64,000 nucleotides of DNA from an uncultured virus (IMG/VR IMGVR_UViG_3300036406_001455) (Duplodnaviria; Heunggongvirae; Uroviricota; Caudoviricetes), in IMG/VR virus record IMGVR_UViG_3300036406_001455, one strand, 5' to 3'. Below, one piece after another: positions 62,902-64,000 of the stretch. The notes beneath the pieces were generated by a model that ran no database searches, was not told where the DNA came from, and saw nothing but the letters and a program-made list of their open reading frames with translations. The translations under genes were made by a program, and so were the position numbers. How positions within the stretch are numbered: the stretch's first letter is position 1; every line of letters starts with the position of its first letter.

Positions 62902-63367
62902 TGGAGCCCCATGCGCGGATTCGCACCCTCGGCACGTTGACGATGGCCACAAACGCGGGCCGTAGGCTCACGGTTTCGCCAGCCCCTTCCACCTGCCACC
63001 GTAGACCAGGCAGCGTGTCGATCTCCACGTACTCGGGCGTGGGGCGTTTGGTCTGGCGGTAGTGCCAGTGCGCAGTCACGGTAAATGCAGCGGACTGCGG
63101 CGTGTGGAACGTCAGCACCACGCCGGTCAGTCCGTAAACCTCTTGAGCATCCACGCGCAGGCGTTTGCTGCCAATCTCTGCGCGCCAACTCGCGCCTACT
63201 TGGCGCACAGTCAGGGGGTAGGTGGGGTGCATCGCGATTTGCGGGGCCGAGGCGCCCGGCCGCTGGTACACCCACAACCAGCCCTCTGGAAGCTCCGGCC
63301 CTGGAATCGGAAACGTTTGCTGGTCAATCATAGCCAGCTGACGGTACTTGGCTAGCCGCTTGTTCAT
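62888..63367 (-). CDS. Hypothetical protein
   Basis: Coupled ORF. Confidence 0.6.
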   Translation of the reverse strand: MNKRLAKYRQLAMIDQQTFPIPGPELPEGWLWVYQRPGASAPQIAMHPTYPLTVRQVGASWRAEIGSKRLRVDAQEVYGLTGVVLTFHTPQSAAFTVTAHWHYRQTKRPTPEYVEIDTLPGLRWQVEGAGETVSLRPAFVAIVNVPRVRIRAWGSNGNP

Positions 63368-63822
63368 CGAAGGCCCAACGCTTGGATTGCTTGATCCACA
63401 TGAATGTCGAGCAACCCGCCGTTGAAGAAGCTGGGCCGAGGGTCGAGGGCAGTGGCCGCCGGCACCGGGCAGTCGTCGAGGGCCACCGCGCGCCCGTCTT
63501 CACCACCGACGAGGAGCCCGCGGATGTAAGCATCGCGGTTCTCGGCGGCGATATCTGGGGGCAACACTAGCATGTCCGAGTACCGCAGTCCTCCTCGGCG
63601 CAACGCGACCACAAGGCCGGCGCGCTGCTCCTCCACTCGGCGCCACGGCGAGGTAACCACCACTGATGCGCCCGTGAACTGGACGATGCGTGCCAGCCGC
63701 AGTACACACGCGGGGTCGATGACGCGCGCGAAGTAGTCGCGACCCAGCGGGATGTTACCCGCCGCCGCCAACGACTCGTCGTGGACCAGCACACCGTCTA
63801 CGTTGAGCAGTAGCAGCTTCAT
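63364..63822 (-). CDS. HAD-family (Swiss-army-knife type) phosphatase-like protein with degenerate motif I
   Basis: LLLNVDGVL, VVVTSPWR and VALDD. Confidence 0.7.
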   Translation of the reverse strand: MKLLLLNVDGVLVHDESLAAAGNIPLGRDYFARVIDPACVLRLARIVQFTGASVVVTSPWRRVEEQRAGLVVALRRGGLRYSDMLVLPPDIAAENRDAYIRGLLVGGEDGRAVALDDCPVPAATALDPRPSFFNGGLLDIHVDQAIQALGLR

Positions 63823-64000
63823 GGGTGTCCACCTGTGGGCACCCAGGGAATCGTTTCCTCTCGACCGTTGGGGTGGGTGACAACCGCGCCACCGAGGTTT
63901 CGCGCCCATCGGTATGCCTGCTCTTCGGAGTGGGCGACCCGTGGCGAAAGGTCGCCGACAGCCAGCACCTTCCACGTACCGGCCGATTCCGCATGGCGGT

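Noticed and set aside
1..64000. CRISPR array, DGR/retron reverse transcriptase, IS transposase
   Set aside because: No regularly spaced repeats, YxDD reverse transcriptase ORF or DDE transposase seen by eye.
1..64000. Stop-codon reassignment
   Set aside because: Conserved enzymes are full length in the standard code, and TAG, TGA and TAA all end genes at tightly coupled junctions.

Overview
A 64-kb, GC-rich, densely packed segment of a large dsDNA bacteriophage (or phage-plasmid/prophage). It covers the early, replication and accessory region; no terminase, portal, capsid or tail module is recognisable. Almost all genes are on the minus strand with overlapping stop/start codons. Recognisable functions: a uracil-DNA-glycosylase-fused family A DNA polymerase, a second minimal PolA-like gene, UvrD and RecD/Dda helicases, a Rad50/SbcC ATPase, a Sak4-like recombinase with a probable SSB, a DEDDh exonuclease-NADAR fusion, ThyX, dNMP kinase, MazG-like pyrophosphatase, two DNA methyltransferases (one frameshifted), an AlkB-like dioxygenase, a macrodomain, an HD alarmone hydrolase, a SLOG protein, a sulfotransferase-like protein, an R-S-E ADP-ribosyltransferase, a nucleotidyltransferase, and a Xer-like recombinase with its own dif-like site. 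The most unusual elements: (1) an RNA operon with two tRNA-like genes with enlarged anticodon loops flanking a 52-nt CCA-ended mini-tRNA, upstream of a Pth2-like gene; (2) an 80-aa Gly-Gly-terminated protein paired with a conserved partner domain that recurs, possibly fused, 61 kb away; (3) a gene cluster whose proteins share a basic 'xxNP' motif at domain boundaries; (4) two PolA homologues that both have His at the steric-gate position. All family calls come from motif recognition by eye; no searches were run.
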